A stretch of DNA of 64,000 nt, taken from the IMG/VR virus record IMGVR_UViG_3300001592_001590; one strand, 5' to 3'. Under the pieces are notes generated by a model. The model saw only the letters and a list, made by a program, of their open reading frames with translations. It ran no database searches and was not told where the DNA came from. A program made the translations under genes and the position numbers. This DNA is from an uncultured virus (IMG/VR IMGVR_UViG_3300001592_001590) (taxonomy: Duplodnaviria > Heunggongvirae > Uroviricota > Caudoviricetes). Shown piece after piece: positions 40,377 through 49,990 of this stretch (within the stretch, counting starts at the first letter, position 1; each line of letters begins with the position of its first letter).

Positions 40377-40481
40377 GGTGTCATTTTTTAGAGTTCCAGC
40401 TCAGTTTAGCAACGCCGATACGAATAGTTTTTTGGATAGTTTCAGTCTTTCGAGATAGCTCTAGTCCCAACCAATATTCTG

Positions 40482-40494
40482 TAAGTTGTTGATT
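40482..40494 (-). promoter_or_regulatory. IHF binding site
   Basis: Reverse strand AATCAACAACTTA is an exact match to WATCAANNNNTTR, 18 bp upstream of the sigma54 site. Confidence 0.7.
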
Positions 40495-40512
40495 TTAAAG
40501 CATGTGGGCACC

Positions 40513-40528
40513 TGGCACGCTGATTGCA
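40513..40528 (+). promoter_or_regulatory. sigma54 (-24/-12) promoter
   Basis: TGGCACGCTGATTGCA matches TGGCACG-N4-TTGC(A/T) exactly. Confidence 0.85.
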
Positions 40529-40558
40529 ATAAATTACTTGTCGCTGGCGACAGCGGCA

Positions 40559-40621
40559 GAGGCTTCGGCTCAGGGTTCCTTCTACTTCAACTCTTAATGA
40601 ACCTACCCGGCCACTTCCCTC
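40559..40621 (+). ncRNA. structured RNA motif, copy 2 (between sigma54 promoter and CDS)
   Basis: GAGGCTTCGGCTCAGGGTTCCTTCTA-14 nt-TGAACCTACCCGGCCACTTCCCTC. Confidence 0.65.
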
Positions 40622-40644
40622 AACCTCTACTCGAAGACTGTCCC

Positions 40645-42732
40645 ATGAAAACGCTTGTACTGTTGGCTCACCAATTCGTCGACCTGTCCCTGGACCCCAA
40701 CGCGGGCTCTCAGGTCCGGCGCGCTCGAGGGGTGGACGCGTCCAGTGCGCTGGGAACGGTCTTGGCCAATCTGGCGTACTTTGGCTATGCCCCGTCGCTG
40801 GAAGTCTTGGCGCAGTGGCGCGGCTGGAGCGCTGAGCAGCTGTGCGTCTGGTGGGAGATGCGAGAGCCCCATTTTCGCAGCTTCACGGGAGCGGACCGCC
40901 AGATGGACCGGTTCGTCGTCTATAAGAACTTTCCAAAGGAAGTCCTGGGCATGTCTCAAGCGCAATACTGGACGGCGCAGCTGTTCATGTACCTGGGCGC
41001 GCCCAACGAGTGGTTCACCCAAGAGGAGCAGACCCGCCCGGCGCTGGACGAGCGCCTGCGCCTGAAGACCTTGGCCCTGGCGCAAGCGGACACGCTTCAA
41101 CGCCTTTACGACTCGATGGTGGGCTCCAAGGCTCGCTGGACAGAGCCGCAGGCCGCTTATGCCCTCTTTTTGGCCAAGGACCTGGGCGTGCGAGCCCTGG
41201 ACCTGGCGGATTTTGGTTTCAAAGAAAACGGGGTCACCTTGATGGCCCGCCTGCTTGACGCTCAACTTGCGCTGCGGGTGCACGACGCCACCGACGTGGC
41301 GCGCCTGGCGGCCGCCTTGTCCGGACAGGACGTCTCGCTGCGAACTGCCGTGCGCTTTCGCCACTTTGCCCGCCCTCAACGGCGCCAGCTGTTGGCCCTG
41401 CTTGAGCAGTGCAAGAACCTGGAAGCCGACTTTGCGATGCGTGAGTCACTGTGGAAGCAGCTCCTGCGTGGGCTGCGCCCCGGGGACTACGCCTTCAAGC
41501 GGGTTCAATCCGCTTACGACTTGCTGTACCGCGGCTGCCTGGAGACATTTTCGGCCAGCATCGAGTCGGGCCTCTTTCACAAGGACGCTCGGGTAGTCGA
41601 GCGGGCCGCATCGCGCCCGGGCGACTTTGTGCGCCGGCTGCACAAGCTCTACGCCCTGTTCCCCGCTCAGACCGTGGCCGCTTTGGACAAGGTGGTCGAT
41701 AAGCTGCAGGTGATGCAGCTGCTCAAGCTGCGCAACTACCTGGTGAGCGTGCGGGGACGCGCCTACTTCTTGCATGCGCCCAAGGGCAACTGGTCCAAGG
41801 CACGCCTGGCCGCCAACACCAAGGCCACCCTGGAGCCCGCCGACTTGTCGGCCATGCTGGCCAGCATCGACCGGGTCTTGGAGGCTCGCCTGCGCGCTCA
41901 GCTGCCTCAAGGGGTGGATTTGGACCTGGCCACCGATGAAGTGAAGCTTCAGGCGAACGACCAGGAGTTGGCACCGTATGGCCGAGGTACTGCCTTCCCG
42001 TTGCCGGCGTCCGCCCGGTTTGTCCGCACTGCAAGCTACTGGGCCACGCAGCGCACTGGCAACGTCTGGTTCGACAACTCGTTCAACTTCTTTGACGAGC
42101 AGTGGCACTCCGTTGGAACCTGTTGCTGGAACGTGACCAATGACTTCGGGGCAGGCGCGGTGTTCTCAGGCGACCCCACCAACTCCAAGGACATGCAGGG
42201 CCGGGCTTGCCAGCTGATTGACCTCAACCTGGATGAGCTGGCACGCCGGGGCGTGCGCTACGCGGTGTGGAGCGTTCTGGGCTTCAGCCACATGTGCTTC
42301 TCCGACGCGGATGACGTGTTGGCCACGCTGCAGTGGGGAGAAGACCCCTGCGCGGGCAAGCTCTATGAGCCCGCCCGGGCCCAGATGGTGTTTCCGCTCA
42401 AAGGCAAGAGCCTCACCAAGTACGTGGCCTATGTGGATGTCGTGGAAAAGCGCCTGGTGTACCTGGACGCCAACCTGCGTGGTGCGGTCAACTCGGCTGC
42501 GTCCAACGGGGCGCACCTGTCCACGGTCATGCCCGCCTTCGATGGAGTACCTCAAGGCGCTGCCCTCTGTGGCGGACCTGATGGTGCACGCGCCCCGAAG
42601 GCAGCGTGCCCGTGCGCTACGACGCGACGCGAGACGGCCGCCGTGGACGAAGGCCAGCTCGCCTACGTGTTCCGTCCGGTGAACCCGGCCAGCCAGTTCA
42701 AACCGCTGTCGCTGGAGCGGTTGTTGGGCTGA
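40645..42732 (+). CDS. large alpha-helical protein with C-terminal TerD-like domain (resembles MXAN_6230/SCO0854-type proteins), minor frameshifts near 42545-42600
   Basis: YKNFP..V, RPGDFVRRL, VRTASYW..WFDNS, AVFSGDPTNS, ACQLIDLNL..L...GVRYAV..V..FS. Confidence 0.7.
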   Translation: MKTLVLLAHQFVDLSLDPNAGSQVRRARGVDASSALGTVLANLAYFGYAPSLEVLAQWRGWSAEQLCVWWEMREPHFRSFTGADRQMDRFVVYKNFPKEVLGMSQAQYWTAQLFMYLGAPNEWFTQEEQTRPALDERLRLKTLALAQADTLQRLYDSMVGSKARWTEPQAAYALFLAKDLGVRALDLADFGFKENGVTLMARLLDAQLALRVHDATDVARLAAALSGQDVSLRTAVRFRHFARPQRRQLLALLEQCKNLEADFAMRESLWKQLLRGLRPGDYAFKRVQSAYDLLYRGCLETFSASIESGLFHKDARVVERAASRPGDFVRRLHKLYALFPAQTVAALDKVVDKLQVMQLLKLRNYLVSVRGRAYFLHAPKGNWSKARLAANTKATLEPADLSAMLASIDRVLEARLRAQLPQGVDLDLATDEVKLQANDQELAPYGRGTAFPLPASARFVRTASYWATQRTGNVWFDNSFNFFDEQWHSVGTCCWNVTNDFGAGAVFSGDPTNSKDMQGRACQLIDLNLDELARRGVRYAVWSVLGFSHMCFSDADDVLATLQWGEDPCAGKLYEPARAQMVFPLKGKSLTKYVAYVDVVEKRLVYLDANLRGAVNSAASNGAHLSTVMPAFDGVPQGAALCGGPDGARAPKAACPCATTRRETAAVDEGQLAYVFRPVNPASQFKPLSLERLLG

Positions 42733-42829
42733 ACCGCTTGAGCCGCTTGGGTCCGGTTTGGGCCACAAAACAGGGCGCTGCGTCCCTGTTTTGTGGCTTT
42801 CTTTATGGCGGCGGACAGCTCAACGAGCC

Positions 42830-43600
42830 TCAAGGGGCCGAAGCTTCGGCTCTGAAAGCCACGTAGGTGCAGACAGCGCGTAGCGTTTGGGACACTGTGC
42901 ACTCTTTGAGCTCAATTGCGAGCCCCGCCGGGGCATGCGGCTGCAGACAGCGTTTCAACCTCGCACCCAGCGCCTGCAGCTCAGTAGCTTGCGCGGGGGC
43001 GGGAGCTGGAACCGAGACCAGCAGGTCCACCCAAGGTTTGGCGTCTTGCGCAAAGCCCGGGGGGTACTCCAGGCTGTACGCCAGGGGCTCGCCTGAGCCG
43101 CCCCGCTCCAGCTCAGCCCGCAACCCGCTGAGCAGGGGTTGCAGCTCTGTGTTGTCGCTCGCCATCCAGTTGCCGTCTCGATAGCGCAGCCGAAACGAAA
43201 AGCGGGCTTCGTTGAGCTCTTCCTGAAACGACGCCTCGGCCCCTGGGCGCAGGGCCCAGGGCAGGGGGTCGCTCTCGGCCAAGTCCTGCCACCCCAGGGT
43301 CTTGGCAAAAGCACGAAAGCCTCGGCTGGGCTCGAGCATCACGTAATCGGGCCCCTGCATGCCCAGCTCTGCACGGCCAAAGGGCTCCCCTTCGTAGCCG
43401 ATTTTGTGCAGCTGCGCCATGACCTGCGCGAGAAAAATTTCGTCGTCGGGAAGTGCCGTCTGGTAGGGAAGGTGGAGTTGCACCCGCACATCGGGGATGT
43501 AGCCTTTGGCCTCAATGCTCAGGCTTTGGACCAGCCAGGGTGTCCCGTGCTTGTCCGTGGCCTCGAAGGCCCCTGTAAGGCCGATGGTTTTTTCAGGCAT
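42830..43600 (-). CDS. hypothetical protein
   Basis: 256-aa ORF overlapping the upstream stop. Confidence 0.6.
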   Translation of the reverse strand: MPEKTIGLTGAFEATDKHGTPWLVQSLSIEAKGYIPDVRVQLHLPYQTALPDDEIFLAQVMAQLHKIGYEGEPFGRAELGMQGPDYVMLEPSRGFRAFAKTLGWQDLAESDPLPWALRPGAEASFQEELNEARFSFRLRYRDGNWMASDNTELQPLLSGLRAELERGGSGEPLAYSLEYPPGFAQDAKPWVDLLVSVPAPAPAQATELQALGARLKRCLQPHAPAGLAIELKECTVSQTLRAVCTYVAFRAEASAP

Positions 43601-44054
43601 CGATGGTTCTCAGTGCGTTGTTAATTTTGGTTGCTTGGTGCCCGAAGAGGCCCAGGAACGCGGCAGAGCTGCGGGCGTTGGCGCCCGTCCACCGCAGGGG
43701 CGACCACTGAACGCCCAGCACCCGAGCCTGCTCCCAGTGCGGGTGCACGTGGTCGAAGCAGCCTTCGCTGTCTTGCTGGACGATGTTGAGCTGAAACCCC
43801 GTGCCCAGGGCGGGATGCCGCTCGAGCAGCGCCCCCAGAACCCGGACCATGGCGTTGGTGGCCGAGGCCCCCGTGTTGCGCGCTTGCTCATCACTCACAA
43901 GCAGCAGCGCGGGCAGTCCTTGCATCGCGGGAGCCCCCACACACAAGATGCCGCTCTGGCCCCATTGCGGCTCGGCGTTGGGCGAGGGCATGCGAAGGCG
44001 TTCCATCCAGCAAGGATTGTTGTCGGAGTTCAAGGGAAGGCGGGTGTCAGGCAT
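43593..44054 (-). CDS. hypothetical protein
   Basis: NTGASATNA..DSEG.FD.V motif. Confidence 0.55.
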   Translation of the reverse strand: MPDTRLPLNSDNNPCWMERLRMPSPNAEPQWGQSGILCVGAPAMQGLPALLLVSDEQARNTGASATNAMVRVLGALLERHPALGTGFQLNIVQQDSEGCFDHVHPHWEQARVLGVQWSPLRWTGANARSSAAFLGLFGHQATKINNALRTIDA

Positions 44055-44120
44055 ACCCCATTTTAACCTAAACACCGCAAAAAGCAAAACCGCCGCACCA
44101 TTAAGGTGAGGCGGTTTAAA

Positions 44121-44729
44121 TCAGTTGAAGGTGGAGTTTAGCGCAATGCGCAAGTGGTGCTTGTCCAGCCAATCGTAGACCTGAGTTTTTACGTCGTCGG
44201 TCACTGCCGGGGGCACCGAAACCACCAGATGCACGGTGTCTTCGCGCTCCCAGTTGGGCCAGACAAAAACGCCTTCGCGACGCTTGCTCAGCGCACGGCA
44301 GCGAACCGGATTGGTCAGGTCTCGCAGCGGCATGCCTCGAAGTTCTGCGTTGGCCAAGGGCGTCAGCAGCTGGTCAACCTGCAGGCGAAACTCCGCCGCA
44401 GCTTGTTGGCCTTGCGCCTGGTGTCGGGCACCTCGCAAAAACTCGAACTGCGTCTGCAAGAACTCCTCGTAGTCGGCCGACTTGCGCATCCACGGATTGC
44501 CCTTGAGGGTGTAGCCCAGGGCGTTTGCCGCCGTATGCACCTCTTGCAGCGTGAAGCGGGCCGCGTAGGCCGTGAGGCCTGCAGCCTGCCACACAGCGTC
44601 ATTCGACTCTTCGCCGTGGTAATGGTAGACACCCGTTGCCAGCCGGTAGAAATACAGCAAGCCCCTGCCTTTTTCAAACGACAGCCCCGAGGGGGTGTGG
44701 TAGGTCAGTGCGCTGAAGTTCAATGACAT
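44121..44729 (-). CDS. hypothetical protein
   Basis: 202-aa ORF, AGGAG RBS. Confidence 0.65.
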   Translation of the reverse strand: MSLNFSALTYHTPSGLSFEKGRGLLYFYRLATGVYHYHGEESNDAVWQAAGLTAYAARFTLQEVHTAANALGYTLKGNPWMRKSADYEEFLQTQFEFLRGARHQAQGQQAAAEFRLQVDQLLTPLANAELRGMPLRDLTNPVRCRALSKRREGVFVWPNWEREDTVHLVVSVPPAVTDDVKTQVYDWLDKHHLRIALNSTFN

Positions 44730-45076
44730 GCCTGCTCCTGGAACAGGCCGTGGTCGCCTCGGTAGCGCTTGCAGTCGAGGGTGCTCAGCGACAGCCAGAC
44801 TTGCTGGTTCACGATGGGGTTGTAGCGGATTTCGAACACGAAATCCGCACTGCCTAGGCGCAAGGAGCGCAGCCGGGCCCCCAGGTACTGGCGCAGTTGT
44901 TGCGCCAGCAGCGTTGCGGCCTCTTCCTCAGATTGAGCGAGCACGGCCATGATGTTGCCGTCCCAGGAAGCCGCGGTGCACGCGCGCAGGGCGGTATCGA
45001 AGTCGTGTTGCGGCAGGCTCATCTCATCGCGGCTCATGCCACGCAGATGAACTCGCGCTACTTTTGCTAGCAGCAT
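44720..45076 (-). CDS. hypothetical protein
   Basis: AAGGA RBS, GCTACAC motif upstream. Confidence 0.6.
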   Translation of the reverse strand: MLLAKVARVHLRGMSRDEMSLPQHDFDTALRACTAASWDGNIMAVLAQSEEEAATLLAQQLRQYLGARLRSLRLGSADFVFEIRYNPIVNQQVWLSLSTLDCKRYRGDHGLFQEQACH

Positions 45077-45183
45077 TGGTATCCTTTTCAAAGTGATTGT
45101 CCTTCTAAGGTGTAGCACCTTTAAAAGCTAAACCCGTCCCGCTATACGGGGGCTCTTCTCACCTTTCCGATACCGGGTATTCC

Positions 45184-46020
45184 TTGAAAAACACTTTCAA
45201 ACTGAGCCAACTGGCGCAACTGTCTCTTGTGGCCCTTCTGGCAGGACTGGGCGTTGGCGCACACGCCCAAACCAAGAACACCATGCATGCGCGCGAAGGC
45301 CTTTCGGTGAGTGCGGGCGTGGAGCAATGGAAATGGGTGGAGTACAACGAGGACGGCTCCGAGTTCTTGAACGAGCAAGGCGGCCCGGTGGCCAACCTGG
45401 GGGCCTCGTACACCTTCTCCACCCACCAAGACCGCGTCTTTCACACCGTCTCCGTCAAGTCTTCGCTGGGTGACATCACCTACAACGGCTCGTATATGGG
45501 AGGTGGCGCGGTCACCTCGACCACCAAGTACAACGTCTTTCGCCTAGGCTACGACGTGGCCGCTCCGCTGTTTGACAGCAAGTCCGTCGAGTGGACCGCA
45601 GGCCTGGCGTATGAGCAGCGCAACCGCCAAATCTGGAACCCCTCACTCAAGGCCAGCCAGGTCGAGGACTACGCCAGTGGCATCGCCCGCGTGGGCGTGC
45701 AGGTTCCTCGCCCCGTGCAGACCGGGTGGTTCGGGGCTGCCGGGCTGACCGCCACGCTCTTCACCAACATGGACCCCCACGCCACCGCGCTGGGGTTCAA
45801 GGCCAGCCCCGTTTTGCGCCCCAAAGCCGACACCGGCTTTTATGCCAAGGCGGGCTACGCTTTCACGCCTAACCTGTCCATCGAGCTGAGCCACGAAGTG
45901 ACCCGCTTGAAGATTTCGCAAAAAGCTGGGGTGGAAACCACCGGCGGCGCCGTGGGCCAAATCTGGCAGCCGGCGTCGAGCCTGGGGCGCACCTCGCTGC
46001 AAGCTGTCTACAAGTTCTGA
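45184..46020 (+). CDS. outer-membrane beta-barrel protein
   Basis: Signal peptide (AHA cleavage), alternating beta-strand pattern, terminal LQAVYKF. Confidence 0.8.
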   Translation: MKNTFKLSQLAQLSLVALLAGLGVGAHAQTKNTMHAREGLSVSAGVEQWKWVEYNEDGSEFLNEQGGPVANLGASYTFSTHQDRVFHTVSVKSSLGDITYNGSYMGGGAVTSTTKYNVFRLGYDVAAPLFDSKSVEWTAGLAYEQRNRQIWNPSLKASQVEDYASGIARVGVQVPRPVQTGWFGAAGLTATLFTNMDPHATALGFKASPVLRPKADTGFYAKAGYAFTPNLSIELSHEVTRLKISQKAGVETTGGAVGQIWQPASSLGRTSLQAVYKF

Positions 46021-46039
46021 GCGAACGCCACTCCCAAGA

Positions 46040-46075
46040 AAAAAGCGCCATGAGCATTCGCTCTGGCGCTTTTTT
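46040..46075. terminator. bidirectional intrinsic terminator
   Basis: AAAAAAGCGCCA...TGGCGCTTTTTT. Confidence 0.7.
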
Positions 46076-46094
46076 CAATCAAGGTAGAAGAAGG

Positions 46095-46421
46095 CTATCG
46101 TTTGCGATTGCTCATCTTCACGCTCTCGTAGAAGTCCGTTGGTTTCTTCTTGACCCAGGCCACGAACTTTTGAACCTCCGGATGCTCCAGCAACGCCGCT
46201 GCGGTGTTGTAGCGCTGTGCCAGCTCAGCCTCTGTGAAGAGGGCATGAATCTGGCGGTGGCAGATGCGGTGCAGGGTCTGGGTCTCCTTGCCTCCTTTAA
46301 GCTTGGGCACCAAGTGGTGCTCATCGCGCTGTGACTGAGGAATCTCTCGTTCGCACAAGGGACAGACCGTCGGCGGCTCGGGTTGGTACCAAGCCACCTC
46401 AGGAACACGTTTTCGCGCCAC
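46095..46421 (-). CDS. small HNH endonuclease-like protein
   Basis: CPLCER...HHLVPK.KGG....LHRICHRQIH..F...EL. GTG start 4 nt after the ligase stop. Confidence 0.8.
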   Translation of the reverse strand: MARKRVPEVAWYQPEPPTVCPLCEREIPQSQRDEHHLVPKLKGGKETQTLHRICHRQIHALFTEAELAQRYNTAAALLEHPEVQKFVAWVKKKPTDFYESVKMSNRKR

Positions 46422-46425
46422 CGCC

Positions 46426-47560
46426 TCAGCCCTCCATGGCCTCGGCGAGCGCACCATCGGCCAGCACGCGCAGGCTGAACTCCTGGCGCAGACGGTTCTT
46501 GATGAACCAGTCCTTGACGGTCCACTTCCTGCCCCAGGTAGTGTGCCATCATCAGACCGAACAGCGGGTGGCTCTTGTGCTCCATCGCGAACGATTTTCG
46601 GTCCAGGTGCCGAGATTTCGCCACGGTCGCTTCGATTTCTTCGGTGAGCTCCACCATGCGTCGTTTGACGCGGCTTTCGACCTCCAGCACCGGTTGCATG
46701 TCCACGCCGGACTCGGCCAAGGCACCTACNNGNTNTACGNNCAGCACTTCGGTCAGCGCGGCCACCGCGATGTCGCGTTCGCGCAGAAACGTGATGCTGC
46801 GGTGCAAGCGCAGGTACCAGGGGCACTTGAGCTTGACCATGTCGCCGTTGGCGAACTGCAGCACGTAGCCTTCTTGCTCAGCCATGGCATCCAGCGAGGC
46901 CAGAACTTGCGGCAGGCTCATGCCGGTAAACCGCGGCGCCAGAGTCACCCCGATGCTGACGCAGCATCGCGTGGATGCGATGCTGTTCGTCCAGCAGCAC
47001 ATACTGGCCCGTTGCGTTGTCGCGCACGTGCAGCAGGCGCAGCTGAGGCTTGTCTTGGGCCACGACGATGCGTGCCTGCGGGTGCGTCAGCTCAAAAATG
47101 GCCGTCATGCCTTGCGAGGCGACCTCAGTGGCAAACGCCACCAGGTGCTCCTGCCCCGGCTGGCGCAGAAAGTCTTGCGTGAGCTTGACCACATCCGACT
47201 GGAAGGACTTCTTGGAGCGCCAATGCAGCGCGCCGTCCACCCAGGCCGTGGCCATCATGGAGCCGTCGAGTTTTTCGAACACCGCGACCAGGTCATCTCG
47301 CTGCAGCAGACGGTCTGCCGTGAGCCAGGCCTTTTCGCCGAGGTTGAAAAACTTGTGCAACGGCCGAGAGCAGATGCGGCCCTCTTGGTCGAACGCGATA
47401 CCGCGGCACTCCAGCGCTTCGGGGCTGTCAAAGGTGGCGCTGTCCATGAACAAGTAGCAGCCGACCGTGACGCCGTTGGCTTGGGGCTGAAAACGTAATT
47501 TCTTTTTNGTGGNCGACCGCAGGCTGAACGTCTGCGAGTCGATGGATTGCTTTAAACGAC
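46426..47560 (-). CDS. T4 Rnl1-like RNA ligase (several frameshifts/Ns, start uncertain)
   Basis: ECRGIAFD, SRPLHKFFNLGE, motif I EKLDGS, FEL..P..RIV, EGYV, VKLKC.WY..LH. Confidence 0.88.
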
Positions 47561-47614
47561 GGGACCCGCCTTCTAGGAATGCTTGTGCTTCCTATAGGCA
47601 GACTTGTTTAGCGC

Positions 47615-48013
47615 TTAGGTGAGGAGGTGGCTACAGAACAAATGCCCCATTCCATTTCTCAGCGTTGGCAGCCGACGCGCGCAAAGCTCCACGACCACCC
47701 CTGAAGAGTCCACCATTTCTAGCAGGGTTTTGGCCGCCCAGCTCTTGCCCGCCAGGGATTCCAAATTGCGCCGATTGGAGTGCGTGGACAGGAAGGAGCC
47801 CAAGCGCTGCACACAGGTTGAGTACATGGCCTTATCCATCAGCAGGTCCCCCGCGTCCACACAATCCAAGTACTCGCACAGGCTCCAAACGCTTGATAGC
47901 GTATCTTGTTCTATTCCCAGCACTGCGCGGGCTTTTTGAGCCAGCTCCATGAAGTAAGCCGCGCTCGGTTCGGTCGACGGCAGAGAGGGAACCACCTGAA
48001 AACTAATTGTCAC
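47615..48013 (-). CDS. hypothetical protein
   Basis: GTG start with GGAG RBS, lower GC. Confidence 0.45.
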   Translation of the reverse strand: MTISFQVVPSLPSTEPSAAYFMELAQKARAVLGIEQDTLSSVWSLCEYLDCVDAGDLLMDKAMYSTCVQRLGSFLSTHSNRRNLESLAGKSWAAKTLLEMVDSSGVVVELCARRLPTLRNGMGHLFCSHLLT

Positions 48014-48203
48014 TGTTTTTCTCCACTAGGGTGTTCAACAAGTGGTAACTGTATCCTGCGGGTTTACCCCGAGCATCCCTCGATTAGCTAAAGCTGTGAC
48101 GGCACGCACAACTTTTGAAATGGCGTAAGTGATGTAATCGTTCTCAGCGGCTCTACTTGCCGAAAGGCAGGTTTGCGGGCTAAGTGGCGTGGCTATTTGT
48201 GGC

Positions 48204-48833
48204 ATGGTCGCAACAAACTACATCCCCCTGTGCGTGCCCCGCTGGGACGAGAGCGAAGTTCTGGGCTTGGGCGCGCAGTACAACGACGCTCGAGGCTTTC
48301 ATGTCGCCCCTGACGCGTACCTCGACCCGTTCTGGAACTGGCTTCCACTGAAATGGAAGTTCCCTGAAAAACCGGCATTATTGCCAGAAATGCTACCGAC
48401 TACGACTTGGGAAGAAAACCTGCGGGCCAAGCTACCGTCCGACCGCTGGGACGCCCTGCGTCGGCACGCTTACAGTGCGGCGGGCTACCGCTGCGAGGTG
48501 TGCGGGGACTTCGGCAAGGCGCCCCTAGAGGCCCATGAGCGATGGTCCTGGGACGACCTGTGGTGTGTCCAAAAGCTCGAGGGCATCGTGGCATTGTGCC
48601 CCTGGTGTCACAAGGCACACCACCTGGGGCTGGCGCGTCGGCTCGGACTGTACGACGACGTTTTGGCAAAAATTGAAGCGGTCAATGGCTGGAGCCACTT
48701 GCAAACGCTGCGGGCCATTCGGGACGCCGCGGACTTGGCTCAAGAGCGCAGTCGCTTTGGGTGGACCGTGGATTTGAGCTGGCTGGAGACAGGGCCCTAC
48801 CACTTGGTGTATCGGCTGGGGGGCTCGCGCTAG
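48204..48833 (+). CDS. HNH-like endonuclease with DUF5710-like N-terminus
   Basis: L.VP..D...V..LGA.Y...F..WLP; NLR..L...WD.LR..AY..AGYRCEVCG, EAHE.W, LCPWCH..HH. Confidence 0.75.
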   Translation: MVATNYIPLCVPRWDESEVLGLGAQYNDARGFHVAPDAYLDPFWNWLPLKWKFPEKPALLPEMLPTTTWEENLRAKLPSDRWDALRRHAYSAAGYRCEVCGDFGKAPLEAHERWSWDDLWCVQKLEGIVALCPWCHKAHHLGLARRLGLYDDVLAKIEAVNGWSHLQTLRAIRDAADLAQERSRFGWTVDLSWLETGPYHLVYRLGGSR

Positions 48834-48896
48834 CGCTGCAGGCGGGCGCCCCCTTACCGCGTATCGGGGCCTGGCGCTGCGGTATCCTTAAGGGCA

Positions 48897-49939
48897 ATGC
48901 TTCAAGCCCCCTATCCCCTGCAATACGGGTTGACCCGTTCATACGCTCGCGCTTCCTTGGCGGAGCTGGAAAACCGCCCGCGCTCCCAACTCAAGCCCGC
49001 TTCGGCTCAAGACGTGGCCTGCGGGCACTTGCTGCCCTGGATGCGCGAGCGAGGGTGGCCCCTTTCCGCCGTGAGTGCCTTTTCTCAAGAGGCCCAAGGG
49101 GTGTTGGCTTGGCTGGATTGGGCTCTCAACGGCAAGAAGCTGGTCACGGTGTTGCCCGCCTTGACCCAGGCGTTTGAGCGGTCGGACTGCGGCGACATGC
49201 GGATTTCAGACGTTCTGGACAGCGCCAGTTTCACGCTTTACCTGCATTTCGAAGGTCCCCTGGCACAGCGCATCAGCTAGTTTTCCCCAGTCAACCTTTG
49301 AGGGCGCCTTCATCGTCTCTCGGCCCGACACCGCGCTGCGGGTGGTTTTGTGCTCAAAAGCGCCACCCGACACCCCTTTGACCGAGCGCTGGAAAGAGCG
49401 ATATGACCTGCGCATCGCGCGCGAGCACTTCGACCTCCCGGCGGACACCGCGATTGACCTGGCCCTGGCCGATGACCTACGCGATTTGCAGATGGCGCAT
49501 GACACATTGCAGGCCCGGGGCTCCACAGCCGAGGCCCAGCAAGCCGCTGCCTTGTGCACGCGCATGAGGGAAGGCCACCCCGCCTATTGCCAAGCCTTGC
49601 GATTGGTCTTGAACGCCTTGGCGTTCCTCAAGGCGTACCCGCAGCTGCAGGCCCCAGCGTGGACCGAGGGAGCGCCCCCTCGGCTGGTGAACCAGGCCCT
49701 GACAGGCAGCGACACCGAACGCCGGCGCGCGACTTCCAAGCTTTGGGCGCTCGGGCATATCCCCGTGCAGCGCATCGGGCAAGAGTTTGCCAAGCCCGCT
49801 GCAGAAAGCACCGCGCATCTGAACGCGCACTGGCGCCGGGGGGCACTGGCGCCACCAGCCCCACGGGCCGGCCTTCAGCTTGCGCAAGCTCATCTGGATT
49901 CAGCCCATGCTGGTGGGCGCCGACACCTTGAGCGCCTAA
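48897..49939 (+). CDS. hypothetical protein with C-terminal H-W-R-R-G-H-W-R motif (frameshifts near 49275 and 49840)
   Basis: Joined frames end AHWRRGHWRHQPHGP..SLRKLIWIQPMLVG. Confidence 0.6.
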
Positions 49940-49990
49940 AGGAAAAAGCCCGACAGCATTGCTGTCGGGCTTTGTCAATCATGCAAGGCT

